Positions 18,329-28,308 of a stretch of DNA of 64,000 nucleotides are shown here, piece after piece (positions within the stretch are counted from its first letter, which is position 1; each line of letters starts with the position of its first letter). A program made the translations under genes and the position numbers. Below the pieces are notes generated by a model. That model was not told the DNA's origin, searched no databases, and saw nothing but the letters and a program-made list of their open reading frames with translations. This DNA is from a virus: positions 1 through 64,000 of IMG/VR virus record IMGVR_UViG_3300037111_000040. One strand, written 5' to 3'.

Positions 18329-18685
18329 GTGAGAATCGTTTTCGACATTTCCGACATGCAAGAGGCATAAGTTTGCGGCGGTGGTCGCGCGTACCGCAAC
18401 GCACGCGGGTTTCAAGGCATGGACGATATGCAGGTTTCCCTGACAATCATCATCCCCGAGATCAACGCCAAAGAAGGCGAACCTGCGGACGTGGTCGAGT
18501 TCGAAGGCAGCGCAATGAAGATCATTCGGATGTTGAAGGACGCGCTCAGCGCCATCGAGGGATCGTTTGAAGTGTGCCAAAAACAATCAGGACCGAAGCG
18601 ACCCACTCCATGCCCCAATTGCGATCCGCTGACAGACTATCCGAATGCCACGCACACGGAAGAGTGTGCGTTCAGCAAGTTCTAG
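18329..18685 (+). pseudogene. hypothetical gene with in-frame TAA at 18368-18370
   Basis: GAGGAGG RBS and GTG 18329 are in frame with ORF 18419-18685, separated by a single stop. Confidence 0.4.
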
Positions 18686-18707
18686 GAGAGAAGAGGAAAA
18701 AGGAACA

Positions 18708-18986
18708 ATGAGCGAGTGCAAACACCAGAACGTTACGAGCCACGACAGCCACGGCCTGCTCTGGTCATGCGACGTGTGTGGAACTGAGTTCATCCATTCC
18801 GGTCTTTTACCGGGAAAGGTCACGATGCGCCCGATGCCCGAGACGCCGACCCTTCGCGATCAGTTTGCGCTCACTGCTCTGCGTGGAATCCTATCCTCCC
18901 CGGAGAAAGCATTCAGCAATATCGAGGAAGTGGCGACTGGGGTTTATCTATTGGCCGACCAAATGATGAAAACGAGGAAGGCATGA
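18708..18986 (+). CDS. hypothetical phage protein
   Basis: TLRDQFALTALRGIL...YLLADQMMK, a recurrent phage motif. Confidence 0.6.
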   Translation: MSECKHQNVTSHDSHGLLWSCDVCGTEFIHSGLLPGKVTMRPMPETPTLRDQFALTALRGILSSPEKAFSNIEEVATGVYLLADQMMKTRKA

Positions 18987-19342
18987 GCGAAATCAGAGAA
19001 GATGAATACCTCGAAAGTGACCTGCGGTTAGAGGACAGAATTCTCACCAAGAAACTGTCCGAAGATGCCGAGCAACACGCCCGCACGCCGCTTAGGTTGT
19101 GCGAGGCGCTAGACGCAATCACAACCGAACTCGACCGCTCGATGATCCACCAAGAGGGCTTCTCGTCGCTTCACGAAGCCTACGCGGTGATCGCCGAAGA
19201 GGTCGATGAAGTTTGGGACATCTGCAAAATGAAGCGCAAGAATCGCAGTGCGCTGGCTCTCCGCAAGGAACTGATTCAAGTGGCGACGATGGCCGTCAAG
19301 GGACTTCTGAATATCGACAAGTTTGTGGGAGGTGATGTGTGA
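18983..19342 (+). CDS. MazG-like all-alpha NTP pyrophosphohydrolase
   Basis: HEAYAVIAEEVDEVW...KELIQVATMA. Confidence 0.55.
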   Translation: MSEIREDEYLESDLRLEDRILTKKLSEDAEQHARTPLRLCEALDAITTELDRSMIHQEGFSSLHEAYAVIAEEVDEVWDICKMKRKNRSALALRKELIQVATMAVKGLLNIDKFVGGDV

Positions 19343-19536
19343 GCGACACCCGCATGAAGATTCACACCGGGGAGCAGCGTGACGGAGAAGCGAGCGTTCC
19401 CATCACAATTACGGCCACTTCCGGCATGAGGCGGAGGATTTCTTCCTTGTGCGAGACCGGGATTTACGGAACCACGGTCGAAGAAGTAGCCGAGCGATTG
19501 ATATGCCGCCAATTGCAAGAGATGGAGGCGAGATGA
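19339..19536 (+). CDS. hypothetical protein
   Basis: Coupled ORF; GIYGTTVEEVAERLI. Confidence 0.5.
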   Translation: MSDTRMKIHTGEQRDGEASVPITITATSGMRRRISSLCETGIYGTTVEEVAERLICRQLQEMEAR

Positions 19537-19863
19537 TTACTTGGTTTCATGAGCATCAGTACGATCCAGAGAAGTGGACGCTCGTCGATTGGCGTCCTCA
19601 GCGTTCATACTCCATCGCCAACGACGAAAAAGAGGGCAAGGAGCATGTCTGGAGGAATACTTGCATCCGCTGCGGGGATTTGGTTTTTAGCCACGTCATT
19701 CCACCGGAGAAGAAGAGATGAATTGGACAGACAAAACAGTGATTCGCATTCTGCTCATCGTGGCAAAATTCATGGCTCAGGAGCCGTGGAAGAAAGACAT
19801 TGAACAGCTAGCGGCGCATATCAGCGTGGGCAAGTGGCAGCGTGAGGATGAGGAGAAGGTGAA

Positions 19864-20166
19864 GTGAGCGAACCATTTCTCGATAGAGAGTTCACCGAGT
19901 ACACCGAAGAGCGGATCGCTAAACTCAAGGAACAACTGGACTCAAAATGGACCAGCATCAAGGATGGACTTCCAGATCATTTCCTGATCGTCGCTGTGAC
20001 GCTTGCGAGAGGCACGGTGACGGCTGGGTATCGGGACAAGAACGTTACGCCGGAATGGCTGGTATTTGCTCGTGGTGGCGTGTACTACACGCATGAGGTA
20101 ATCAAGTGGATGCCGATGCCGGAGATTGAACAGAAAGCAACTGACGAAGAGGGAGATGCTAAATGA
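19864..20166 (+). CDS. DUF551-like phage protein
   Basis: WTSIKDGLP...VIKWMPMPE. Confidence 0.65.
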   Translation: MSEPFLDREFTEYTEERIAKLKEQLDSKWTSIKDGLPDHFLIVAVTLARGTVTAGYRDKNVTPEWLVFARGGVYYTHEVIKWMPMPEIEQKATDEEGDAK

Positions 20167-20342
20167 AAATCTACGAAGTGAAAGTGAGTTGGAGTTCGTT
20201 CGGCAGCGACTGCTGGCTGATCCAAGCGGAGTCTCTTTTGAAAGCAGTCGAAAAGGCGACAAAGAAGATCAAACGTGCGCCGAGGCGTTACGAGAACTAC
20301 GAAGTCGTTCGGGCTTCTCTCGTTGGGGAGTTGGTCAGATAG
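20163..20342 (+). CDS. hypothetical protein (59 aa)
   Basis: MKIYEVKV...GELVR*; ATGA coupled; explains the unnatural N-terminus of ORF 20126. Confidence 0.5.
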   Translation: MKIYEVKVSWSSFGSDCWLIQAESLLKAVEKATKKIKRAPRRYENYEVVRASLVGELVR

Positions 20343-20344
20343 CG

Positions 20345-20995
20345 GTGATTCCCTACTACAAGAGCAAAGGAATCGTGCTTTTCAACTGCGACTGGCATGA
20401 GATTGATTGGAGTGAACACGAAAAGTTCGACCTTTTGCTCTGCGATCCTCCTTATGGACTGAGTGAGGCGAAAGGAAAAAACAAATCGAGAACAAAGCTT
20501 GCGCTGGCCAAGGATTACGGAGTATCCGATTGGGACGACAAGCCACCATCGGATTTTGATCTGATCTGGCTTCGGGAGTTGGCGAAGTGGCAGATCATGT
20601 GGGGCGGAAACTACTTTGTCCTGCCGCCTTCGAAGTGCTGGCTGGTGTGGGACAAAGTGAACTCGGGTGACTTTGCGGATTGCGAGTTGGCGTGGACGAA
20701 CTTGGACAAGGCGGTGAGGATTTTTCACTACATGTGGAACGGGATGCTCAAGGAACAGCCGGAGTATAGGATGCACCCATGCCAAAAGCCAACTGCTCTT
20801 TTTTCTTGGTGCATAAGTCAGGCTCCGAAGGAGATAAAAACTGTGGTAGACCCTTTCGCTGGTTCATGCACTACCGCTGTAGTTTGCAAGAGATTGGGTC
20901 TCAGTTGCGTATGCGTGGAACGTGAAGAAAAATATCTGGAAGACGGCGCGAAGAGACTTGAGCAGGAAGTATTTCAATGGGAAGGTAGCGAGTGA
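20345..20995 (+). CDS. N4/N6 DNA methyltransferase (beta-class)
   Basis: DPPY, IMWGGNYF, WDK, HPCQKP, VVDPFAGS. Confidence 0.85.
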   Translation: MIPYYKSKGIVLFNCDWHEIDWSEHEKFDLLLCDPPYGLSEAKGKNKSRTKLALAKDYGVSDWDDKPPSDFDLIWLRELAKWQIMWGGNYFVLPPSKCWLVWDKVNSGDFADCELAWTNLDKAVRIFHYMWNGMLKEQPEYRMHPCQKPTALFSWCISQAPKEIKTVVDPFAGSCTTAVVCKRLGLSCVCVEREEKYLEDGAKRLEQEVFQWEGSE

Positions 20996-21777
20996 AGAAC
21001 GTCAATTTAAATGCCGCTCGGCTAGATAACGGAACCTACGCTTTGAGGGAGAGACGCGTGTCCCTCGTATGCGTTACATGCGGCGCATCATTTCTCCGAT
21101 TTATATCTCAAATGAACGGTCGATTGAGCTATTGTTCACACGCATGTCGTTGCCTGAAAAAACTCATAAAATGCACGATTTGTGGTAACGAGTTTTTTGT
21201 AAAGTCGTATCGCATCGGTGAGGCCAAGTTTTGTTCCAAGCAATGTCACGATGTATACCAGAGCCGTAACAAGGTCGAACGCATCTGCGTTGAATGTAGA
21301 GGATATTTTTCGGTGAGCCCCAGCAGAGTAGTTCACGATCCGGCGCTGTATTGTTCAGAAAAATGCTACCGTCAATCTCCAGCATTTAAGGAAGCCTTGA
21401 TAAAAGGAAACTTGAAACAGCAGAATTCAAAAACGCCTACGCGCCTAGAGGTTGCCGGGGAGCGGATATTAGGAGAACTCGGAATCCTGTTCATCCAACA
21501 AGTTCTAGTCGCCAAAAAATTTGTCGTGGACGCCATTATTCCTTCACATTCTCTGATAATTCAATGGGACGGGGACTACTGGCATGGATACGGAATTGAA
21601 AGCTGGAAGGATCATCCTGAAAAAAGAGTACAAAAAAGGATGTATAACGACATATCGCAGGATGCGTACTTCAGGAGCTGCGGCTTCACTGTGCTGAGGT
21701 TTTGGGAGCACGATGTTTTTAACGATTCACTACAAGTGAGGCAAAAGATCGAGTTGGCATTGAACGCAAGACCGTAG
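20992..21777 (+). CDS. Zn-ribbon repeats plus DUF559/Vsr-like endonuclease
   Basis: Three CxxC...(Y/F)CSxxC repeats; VDA...WDGDYWHG, VLRFWEHD; lower GC. Confidence 0.75.
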   Translation: MKNVNLNAARLDNGTYALRERRVSLVCVTCGASFLRFISQMNGRLSYCSHACRCLKKLIKCTICGNEFFVKSYRIGEAKFCSKQCHDVYQSRNKVERICVECRGYFSVSPSRVVHDPALYCSEKCYRQSPAFKEALIKGNLKQQNSKTPTRLEVAGERILGELGILFIQQVLVAKKFVVDAIIPSHSLIIQWDGDYWHGYGIESWKDHPEKRVQKRMYNDISQDAYFRSCGFTVLRFWEHDVFNDSLQVRQKIELALNARP

Positions 21778-21794
21778 GCTACAGCAGCAGAATT

Positions 21795-22100
21795 TTGACT
21801 GGGATGGGATATATGATGGCGCACATTGAAGTAGTAACGCATGACGGCGATGTGATCAAAGTCAAGGGAGTGAATCGCGCGTATGTTAACAAAGGAGCGC
21901 TGTATCTCACTTTCTACACGGAAAAGAAACGCGAGGTGCCTGAATCGGCTCTGTGGGGATTTTTTAAGTCGGTCAATGTGATCGACGAGTCGACGACCAC
22001 AACAACGGCCATCTTCGCGAGGGACAAGTGGAAATACTTCCGCCTTGTCGCCGCCGAAAAAGAGCCAGCCGTCGAGGCCGCGCCCGTGGAGGACCAATGA
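21795..22100 (+). CDS. hypothetical protein
   Basis: Operon context. Confidence 0.45.
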   Translation: MTGMGYMMAHIEVVTHDGDVIKVKGVNRAYVNKGALYLTFYTEKKREVPESALWGFFKSVNVIDESTTTTTAIFARDKWKYFRLVAAEKEPAVEAAPVEDQ

Positions 22101-22441
22101 GTTTCTCGCGCAACTGGCTTGAGCAATCCGAGGCCGCTGAAGATGCCGGAGTCTGCCATACGACAGAAGAGTGTGCTTTAATGTACTCCGAGATTCCGCA
22201 AGAGCAGAAGGACGCGGCGATCAAAGCGTTTCGCGAGAGTCAATATGCCAAGTCCTTTCCCGAGATCAGGGAGGCGATTGCAAAGGAACCCGGCGAGTGG
22301 AACGTTCCCTACCACTTGGGCTGGGGAATGGGCGTGAGGAATTTCTTTCGGAGACAGGGATTCGGCGAGGAGTATTTTGGCGTGTGCAACCTCGATTGCA
22401 TTTACGTGTTCTTGATTGAGGACGCAGTTCGAGAGAGATAA
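22097..22441 (+). CDS. hypothetical protein
   Basis: GGAGG RBS; YHLGWGMGVRN motif. Confidence 0.5.
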   Translation: MSFSRNWLEQSEAAEDAGVCHTTEECALMYSEIPQEQKDAAIKAFRESQYAKSFPEIREAIAKEPGEWNVPYHLGWGMGVRNFFRRQGFGEEYFGVCNLDCIYVFLIEDAVRER

Positions 22442-22447
22442 TTTTCA

Positions 22448-23053
22448 ATGGCCAAGCCGAGAGTATACACCGCAGACGAAAGAGAGTACAGACGGCAACA
22501 AGCCAAAAAGTATTATTGGGAACACGTGGAGGAGAAACGTAAATACAACGCAGAATACAACGCGAATAACACAGAATCTCTACGCGCTCACAAGTCGGAG
22601 TATTACCTCAAGAACAAGGGAAAATGGACAATGACACGCGAGAAAAAGGATCGAGCCAATGAGCTAGAGCGTAAACGCCGCGTCATGTCAGAAGAGGCAC
22701 GAATTAAGCATAGGAAGGAAGCGACTCGGTGGAGACTTGATAATCCATTGAAGTCAAAGGCAATAAAAATTAGGAGGTATGGAATAACGCTTGAAGAATT
22801 CAATGACCTTCTAAAGGCACAAGATGGGAAATGTGCGATTTGCGGATTTTCAGATATGAGCAAACCAACTTTTTTCCCGGTTGTGGATCACTGTCATGCT
22901 CTGAATCATGTACGTGGTTTGATCTGTTCTAGTTGCAATCGTGGTCTGGGATTTTTCAAGGATAGCCCTGCACTCTTAAAAAAGGCAGCAAAGTACGTTG
23001 AGCGAAATGGTTTATTTGGGCCGCTCTCAATGAAACAACCGGGAGGAAAGTAA
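22448..23053 (+). CDS. endonuclease VII-domain protein
   Basis: YGITLEEF...QDGKCAIC...VDHCH...VRGLICSSCNRGLG. Confidence 0.85.
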   Translation: MAKPRVYTADEREYRRQQAKKYYWEHVEEKRKYNAEYNANNTESLRAHKSEYYLKNKGKWTMTREKKDRANELERKRRVMSEEARIKHRKEATRWRLDNPLKSKAIKIRRYGITLEEFNDLLKAQDGKCAICGFSDMSKPTFFPVVDHCHALNHVRGLICSSCNRGLGFFKDSPALLKKAAKYVERNGLFGPLSMKQPGGK

Positions 23054-23896
23054 ATGTACACCAAAAACATGACCATCACGCCCGCTGATGCGAGACTGTG
23101 GTTGGACACCAAAAACAGCCGGAACCGGCCTGTCTCTGAAAATGCGGTGGCGAAATACGCTCAGGAACTCAAGGCTGGCAGGTGGAAAAATAACGGGCAA
23201 CCAGTGATCTTTGGTAAAAGCGGAAATCTGCTAAATGGGCAACATAGGCTTCTCGCTTGCGTCCGTTCCAACACGCCCTTTGAGTCGCTCGTCACATGGG
23301 GTGTAGAAGACGATGCCTTCGATACCATCGACGACTGCAACACGCGGTCGCTCGCTGATGTTCTGCACATCAAGGGCGAAGCCTCTGCTGGGCTCCTGTC
23401 AGCCGGATTGCGCTTCTTGTGGATTTACGCGGCTGGGGAAATCGAGCGGCGCGATCTGAGGCGCGGGCGCATCGCCACAAAGTCTTTGCTTGAGCAGACA
23501 CTCGACAAGCACAGGAAGATCACAAACTCCGTCAAGTTCTATGGGATGCTCAAGGCCCGTCCGGGCGGCATGTTGATCCCAGCGGGCATGGCGATTGGTC
23601 TTCACTACCTGTGCTCACTCGTCGACGAGAAGAAGGCGGACGAGTTCTTCACGCGCTTCCAGTCTGGGTTCGATCTCAGCGAGGGCGATCCGATTGCTCT
23701 TCTCCGCGCTCGGTTGATCGCGGGGCAAAAGGAAGCGTCGGTCAGGTTGACGCCCGCCGCCATGTACTTCTACATGGTGACTACGTGGAACGCCTTCGCG
23801 TCAGACACGTATCTGAAGCGTCTCATGTACAACTCCGATGCGGTGCCGCCAGAGATCGACAATCTGCCGAAGAAGTTGCTGAAGGATTTGCTGTGA
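23054..23896 (+). CDS. ParB/Srx-like (DGQHR-type) protein
   Basis: NRPVS...YAQEL..GRW...LLNGQHRL. Confidence 0.7.
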   Translation: MYTKNMTITPADARLWLDTKNSRNRPVSENAVAKYAQELKAGRWKNNGQPVIFGKSGNLLNGQHRLLACVRSNTPFESLVTWGVEDDAFDTIDDCNTRSLADVLHIKGEASAGLLSAGLRFLWIYAAGEIERRDLRRGRIATKSLLEQTLDKHRKITNSVKFYGMLKARPGGMLIPAGMAIGLHYLCSLVDEKKADEFFTRFQSGFDLSEGDPIALLRARLIAGQKEASVRLTPAAMYFYMVTTWNAFASDTYLKRLMYNSDAVPPEIDNLPKKLLKDLL

Positions 23897-24028
23897 GCCA
23901 ATGGGCCAAAGACGACGCGCTCTTCGCCCGCGAACAGATCGAGAAGATGATCGCGAAGGGAGAAATCTCGCGGGGTCAGGGCGAATGGTTGATGCGGTTG
24001 AGGTATCCGAAGGAAAAAGAGGACCCCG

Positions 24029-24256
24029 ATGTACAGCGAAATCCAATCGCACGGTGTGACGACGATTGATATTGGGTGCGACGCGCGCAAGGGCCAGAGC
24101 ACTTGCAGGAACCACGCCTCCGTTACGATGCGGAGCCGGGATGCGGCGAAGCACTTGCTCTTCGTACTTGGATGGCGCTTATCTCGTGGCCACCAGATTT
24201 GCAGTCAGTGCTTGAGGAATAAACGGTATTCGTTTCCGAAGGAGAAGCCAGAATGA
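24029..24256 (+). CDS. small Cys-containing hypothetical protein
   Basis: GCD...GWR...ICSQC; operon context. Confidence 0.45.
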   Translation: MYSEIQSHGVTTIDIGCDARKGQSTCRNHASVTMRSRDAAKHLLFVLGWRLSRGHQICSQCLRNKRYSFPKEKPE

Positions 24257-24459
24257 TACAGAAGATTCTCAGCCAGTTATTTCTCGTTTGCATCGCCGTC
24301 GCTCTCCAGATATGCATCATGATCTTCGGATGGGGACTTCACCCACAATCGTGGTGGTGGATCGTGGGCGGCGGCGTCTTCGGAGTCACGGCGGTGAGAG
24401 CCTTGTCTAACAAGTTGGACAAAGAACCGGTCGTCGAACCAAAGGAAGATAAGAAATGA
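24253..24459 (+). CDS. small two-TM membrane protein
   Basis: Two hydrophobic helices, GWGLHPQSWWW. Confidence 0.55.
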   Translation: MIQKILSQLFLVCIAVALQICIMIFGWGLHPQSWWWIVGGGVFGVTAVRALSNKLDKEPVVEPKEDKK

Positions 24460-24549
24460 GCGCTGGAACCCTTTACGGCGGTGGCTACGACTGGGACGAG
24501 GTCGACACTCTTCTCTTTATTGTTCTGTTGCTGTTGTTCAGATTGATGA

Positions 24550-24966
24550 TTGGGTGATGTAATGAGCGCAAAGATGAAAGTGCCACAAGGGATGCTTAGG
24601 GCTGTTGAGATTGCATCTCACGCCGACAAAACATTCTTCGATGCTGGCGACGCGGAACCTATCCTCGAAGCCGCCCTTTTGTACCAGCGTCAGCACCCGC
24701 CGGTGCCGACCCTAGAGCAAGCCGAGTGTGCCTACAACGGATTCAATGGACCACACACCACAACTATTCAGCATTGTATGACCGAGTGGGTCCGCCGCAT
24801 GTACGACGCACCGGAGCCGGAAGTACCGGAGGCGGTGAAGGACTTGCTGCCGTTTCCAAAGGATGTCGTGATCCTAGATCAAGGTCTATATCGTCGCATC
24901 AAGGCCCATCTGGATGACGTTGCAACTGAAGCCTACCGCCGTGGCCGGGAGTCGAAATGTCACTGA
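24550..24966 (+). CDS. hypothetical protein
   Basis: Operon context. Confidence 0.5.
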   Translation: MGDVMSAKMKVPQGMLRAVEIASHADKTFFDAGDAEPILEAALLYQRQHPPVPTLEQAECAYNGFNGPHTTTIQHCMTEWVRRMYDAPEPEVPEAVKDLLPFPKDVVILDQGLYRRIKAHLDDVATEAYRRGRESKCH

Positions 24967-25220
24967 AAGCTTTCCGCCGCAATAACGAGAGCACGCCGCT
25001 CCCAACCATCGTTCTCAGGGAGCCGCCGAAACCCGATCTCAACAAGTGCTGCTGCACGAATCGCCATGAACCGTGGCTCTTGAATGGACAGTGGGTGGTG
25101 AGCACATCACTTAGCTGCGTCGTGCATTCATTCTGTGAGGAAAAATACTTCGCGAAGACGATGATGGAGACATAGTGGAACTCGGAAAACAAGTGAGCCG
25201 CGATGAAATGAGGAAAGAGC

Positions 25221-25523
25221 ATGACAGGGAACGAGACTATTGAGAGCCAAGACGCCAAAAAAAGAGCGATCAGCGTCGCGAAAGCCGCGCGATACCCGCT
25301 GCTCGTCGCTGCAAGAGATATAGCATTCGCCATCGCAAAAGAGAGGGGAACAGTCGCGGTCGACGACGTGCGCAAGGAAATGGAAAAACAAGGTCTCGCG
25401 TCTCTCGGCCCAGCCACAAGCTCTATATTTATCGATGACCGGTTCGAATTCACAGGCACCTTCAAGAATTCCACTAGGAAACAGGATCGTTCGCGTCGCA
25501 TGAAGGTGTGGAGGATCAAATGA
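25221..25523 (+). CDS. hypothetical protein (possible winged helix)
   Basis: GTVAVDDVR...SRRMKVW. Confidence 0.5.
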   Translation: MTGNETIESQDAKKRAISVAKAARYPLLVAARDIAFAIAKERGTVAVDDVRKEMEKQGLASLGPATSSIFIDDRFEFTGTFKNSTRKQDRSRRMKVWRIK

Positions 25524-25783
25524 GCTTCGATGTTCGGCTCTTAACGTCCGTAATCGTGCCACTGCGAACGGTCGTTAGAGAATTTCAGGATCAAGACATC
25601 ACGCTCTCAGAGGCGATGGATGCTTTCTCACGAGAGTGGATCGAGGAAGGGCTATTGAGGACTGGTAACAACCAGAGTGCGCTCGCGGCAAAGGAAGGAA
25701 TGCACCGCAACACGCTGAGCCGAACGATGGACCGGTTGGGAATGAGTGTGGACAAGAGTTGGAAGAAAAAAGTCAGAAAATGA
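25520..25783 (+). CDS. Fis-family HTH protein
   Basis: TGNNQSALAAKEGMHRNTLSR matches the Fis HTH pattern. Confidence 0.7.
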   Translation: MSFDVRLLTSVIVPLRTVVREFQDQDITLSEAMDAFSREWIEEGLLRTGNNQSALAAKEGMHRNTLSRTMDRLGMSVDKSWKKKVRK

Positions 25784-25795
25784 GGTGGAGTAGAA

Positions 25796-26200
25796 GTGAC
25801 AGAAGAAGAGCAAAAAGAAATCGACGAAGCCTACGGATATCTTCGCTACTGGAGCCCTCAACTGCGTCTCGACCACATTGATTTCGAGATCGTTTTTGCA
25901 AATCCAGAAGAGTCCAGAGGCTATCTGGCGGTCTGTAAAGTCGCGTGCGGGCGGCATCGGCAAAAAATAGAACTGAGGCATCCAAGCGAAAGAACTGAGC
26001 GCGATAAGGGGGTTTTCAGGCGCGATCTTGAGGTTGTGATCGTCCACGAATTGCTTCACACCAAAGAAACTCCATGGCGCGATCATCCATCCGTGGACAA
26101 AACCTTCACCGATGACAAGTGGCTTGCAGGGCTCCACGAGGATTCTCTTGACGCCGTGGCCGAGGCTCTCGTCCGGACGCGAAGGGGGACGAAGCGATGA
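25796..26200 (+). CDS. zincin-like metallopeptidase
   Basis: VIVHELLH with downstream E. Confidence 0.55.
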   Translation: MTEEEQKEIDEAYGYLRYWSPQLRLDHIDFEIVFANPEESRGYLAVCKVACGRHRQKIELRHPSERTERDKGVFRRDLEVVIVHELLHTKETPWRDHPSVDKTFTDDKWLAGLHEDSLDAVAEALVRTRRGTKR

Positions 26201-26481
26201 CCAAGCGCGGAACTTTGACCAGAAAGCCGTTCCCAAAGGTCGGCTATGATCTTGTTTACGTCGAGTGGGTGGACTCTCGCCAAGCGCACGGCTGGCATGG
26301 AGTAGACGAGATCGTCAAGGGAACGATGGACGTTAAAAGTGTGGGCTGGAAGATTTTCGAGAGTGAAGATTCGATCAACATCTCCGCGCATTATGGACCC
26401 CCTCCGCAAGAACAATTCTGCGGCGACATGATGATCCCCAAGTGCTCAATAAAGAGAATTCTCGTCCTTCTCGCGGAATAG
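26197..26481 (+). CDS. conserved phage hypothetical protein
   Basis: VEWVDS...SVGW...MIPKCSI. Confidence 0.6.
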   Translation: MTKRGTLTRKPFPKVGYDLVYVEWVDSRQAHGWHGVDEIVKGTMDVKSVGWKIFESEDSINISAHYGPPPQEQFCGDMMIPKCSIKRILVLLAE

Positions 26482-26482
26482 G

Positions 26483-26525
26483 GCGCAGTTTTCCTACTTG
26501 ACAAAGCTGAAACTGCGCCTATCTT
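26483..26525 (+). promoter_or_regulatory. promoter flanked by inverted repeat
   Basis: TTGACA(26498)-16-TATCTT; GCGCAGTTT...AAACTGCGC brackets the -35. Confidence 0.5.
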
Positions 26526-26912
26526 TGAGAAGAAAGCGAAAGGCGAGCATCTGTGGCCGAAGACCGCGAACTCACGCCAGAAGAAAAGCAAGCCGCTTGT
26601 GAGCGCATCTGCGGCGAAAGCGGCAAGCGCGGGATGCACCGGATCGCGCCAGAAATGTGTCCGCTGCAGCTCGATACGTGGAAGAATCCTCCGAGGAAAC
26701 CCCAGAACTGATGACCGCTCCTCTCGATAAGCGCCTCCAATTCGTGGAAAATCTCCACAACGAGATCAAGCGCCGGTATCCGGGAATGGACCCAGAGTGG
26801 GGCGTCAACCGATTCCTCCAAAAATATGAGACGAACGTTCGCGATACAGCGAACATCATTGCCTTGTGGATGCCAGAGATCATTCTGTCGCATGAGGCGA
26901 TGGAGAAGGAAC

Positions 26913-27143
26913 ATGCGAAAACCAAAGCCCATTGAGGAAAAAGAGCAAGCAAGACAGGAGAGAGCCACAGAATGGCGCGATTTCATGAAGAACCATCTCT
27001 TCACGGAGAAACGGCTGGCTGAGACGATTGGAATCAGCCGGAGGACGGTTCAGATGGTGCGCGCAGGGAAAGTGACGCCGCATGACAACACCTTGCGGCT
27101 ATTCGTGGCTCTCAAAGCCAAGTACGATAGGGAAGGCAAGTAA
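26913..27143 (+). CDS. Cro/XRE HTH regulator
   Basis: FTEKRLAETIGISRRTVQMVRAG...P; AAGGA RBS. Confidence 0.7.
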   Translation: MRKPKPIEEKEQARQERATEWRDFMKNHLFTEKRLAETIGISRRTVQMVRAGKVTPHDNTLRLFVALKAKYDREGK

Positions 27144-27165
27144 ACTTTTGAGAAACGACAGGTGA

Positions 27166-27618
27166 ATGAAAATGGCAGATCGGGAATTTGTTGAAGCCCT
27201 GAGTGGCACGGAGATCATCAACGACGTTCTTACTCAGGTTCGCAAAGCGATGGAGCGCGATTGCAACCTCCGTTCAAGCGATGCATACGGTCGCGGCTAC
27301 TCCGGCAAGATCACGTTGCACCTTGAGTGCTTCGCGCTCGATGCCGCGAATGTGGAAATGGCCATCGACCTCCGTCCGACCAAGGAACTCTTGGATTCCA
27401 CCCCGGAGACACCTCTCGATGCAGACGGGAAGGACACGGTGGTTGATCTGGAGCTTGAAATTCCGCTGGTTTCTGATCTGAACGCTGTGCGGGACCGGAG
27501 TACGGAGTCGAAGCCTGCAGTTGCAACCGAGATCGAACAGGCGCAGGGGCCTCGGAGGCGGAGCTACGGCAAGCCGCCAACTGTCGGCGGCGCGGTTGAC
27601 ATCACCGACGAGCCTTAA
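27166..27618 (+). CDS. hypothetical protein
   Basis: RBS and operon context. Confidence 0.55.
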   Translation: MKMADREFVEALSGTEIINDVLTQVRKAMERDCNLRSSDAYGRGYSGKITLHLECFALDAANVEMAIDLRPTKELLDSTPETPLDADGKDTVVDLELEIPLVSDLNAVRDRSTESKPAVATEIEQAQGPRRRSYGKPPTVGGAVDITDEP

Positions 27619-27667
27619 CAACCGGTCCACCATTTTTGTGCTACAATGAAGCAACCGGGAGGCGAAA

Positions 27668-28222
27668 ATGGACCGGAAGTTTTACGAGAATCCGCAAGAG
27701 GCGATCTACGAAGAGCTTGTCGAGTCGAATCGCCTCCACCGCGAGGTCCTGCACGAAGTTCGCGAAATTAAGCACGAAGTTCGCGAAATCAGGCGCGAGC
27801 TTCGCCCGAAGAAAGCGCTCACACACAGCATCGCAATTCGTTTCACAGGAGATTCTGTCATGCCGAACAACACATTGGTCTTCAACGTAGGCCAAACCTC
27901 GCAAGCATCCATCGTTCCTCTTCTGGCCGATGGCGTGACCCCCTCGGGCGGCACGCTGTCAAATGTCGTGTACTCTTTCTCGGACCCCTCGGCCACCGTG
28001 GTCCTTAACACCGATGGCGTTACCGCTACCTGCTCGGGCGTAGCGGCCTCGACCGGCCCTGTCGCGGGCTCGGCGTCCTGCACTGTCACCGACACCGATG
28101 GTGCCGTTTCGACGTGGACCCAGCCGTTCACGATCACGACCAATGCAGTCACGCCACCGCCGCCGCCGCCAAGCCAGCTTACCCAATCGGTCGTTGTTGC
28201 GTTCTCGACGCCGACCCCCTAA
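27668..28222 (+). CDS. coiled-coil plus Ig-like protein with internal in-frame start (27860)
   Basis: HEVREI heptad repeat, then Thr/Val/Ser-rich beta domain; AGGAG before internal ATG. Confidence 0.6.
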   Translation: MDRKFYENPQEAIYEELVESNRLHREVLHEVREIKHEVREIRRELRPKKALTHSIAIRFTGDSVMPNNTLVFNVGQTSQASIVPLLADGVTPSGGTLSNVVYSFSDPSATVVLNTDGVTATCSGVAASTGPVAGSASCTVTDTDGAVSTWTQPFTITTNAVTPPPPPPSQLTQSVVVAFSTPTP

Positions 28223-28308
28223 GCTTCCTCCAAGCAAGAACAGCGTGGACCGTTTGCTCTAGGGGAGAGCAGGCGGTCCGCGCCTTAAATTTGGACGAAG
28301 GAAAAATC

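Noticed and set aside
20126-20344. N-terminal extension of the DNA methyltransferase ORF
   Set aside because: Shadow of the small gene at 20163-20342; the MTase plausibly starts at GTG 20345
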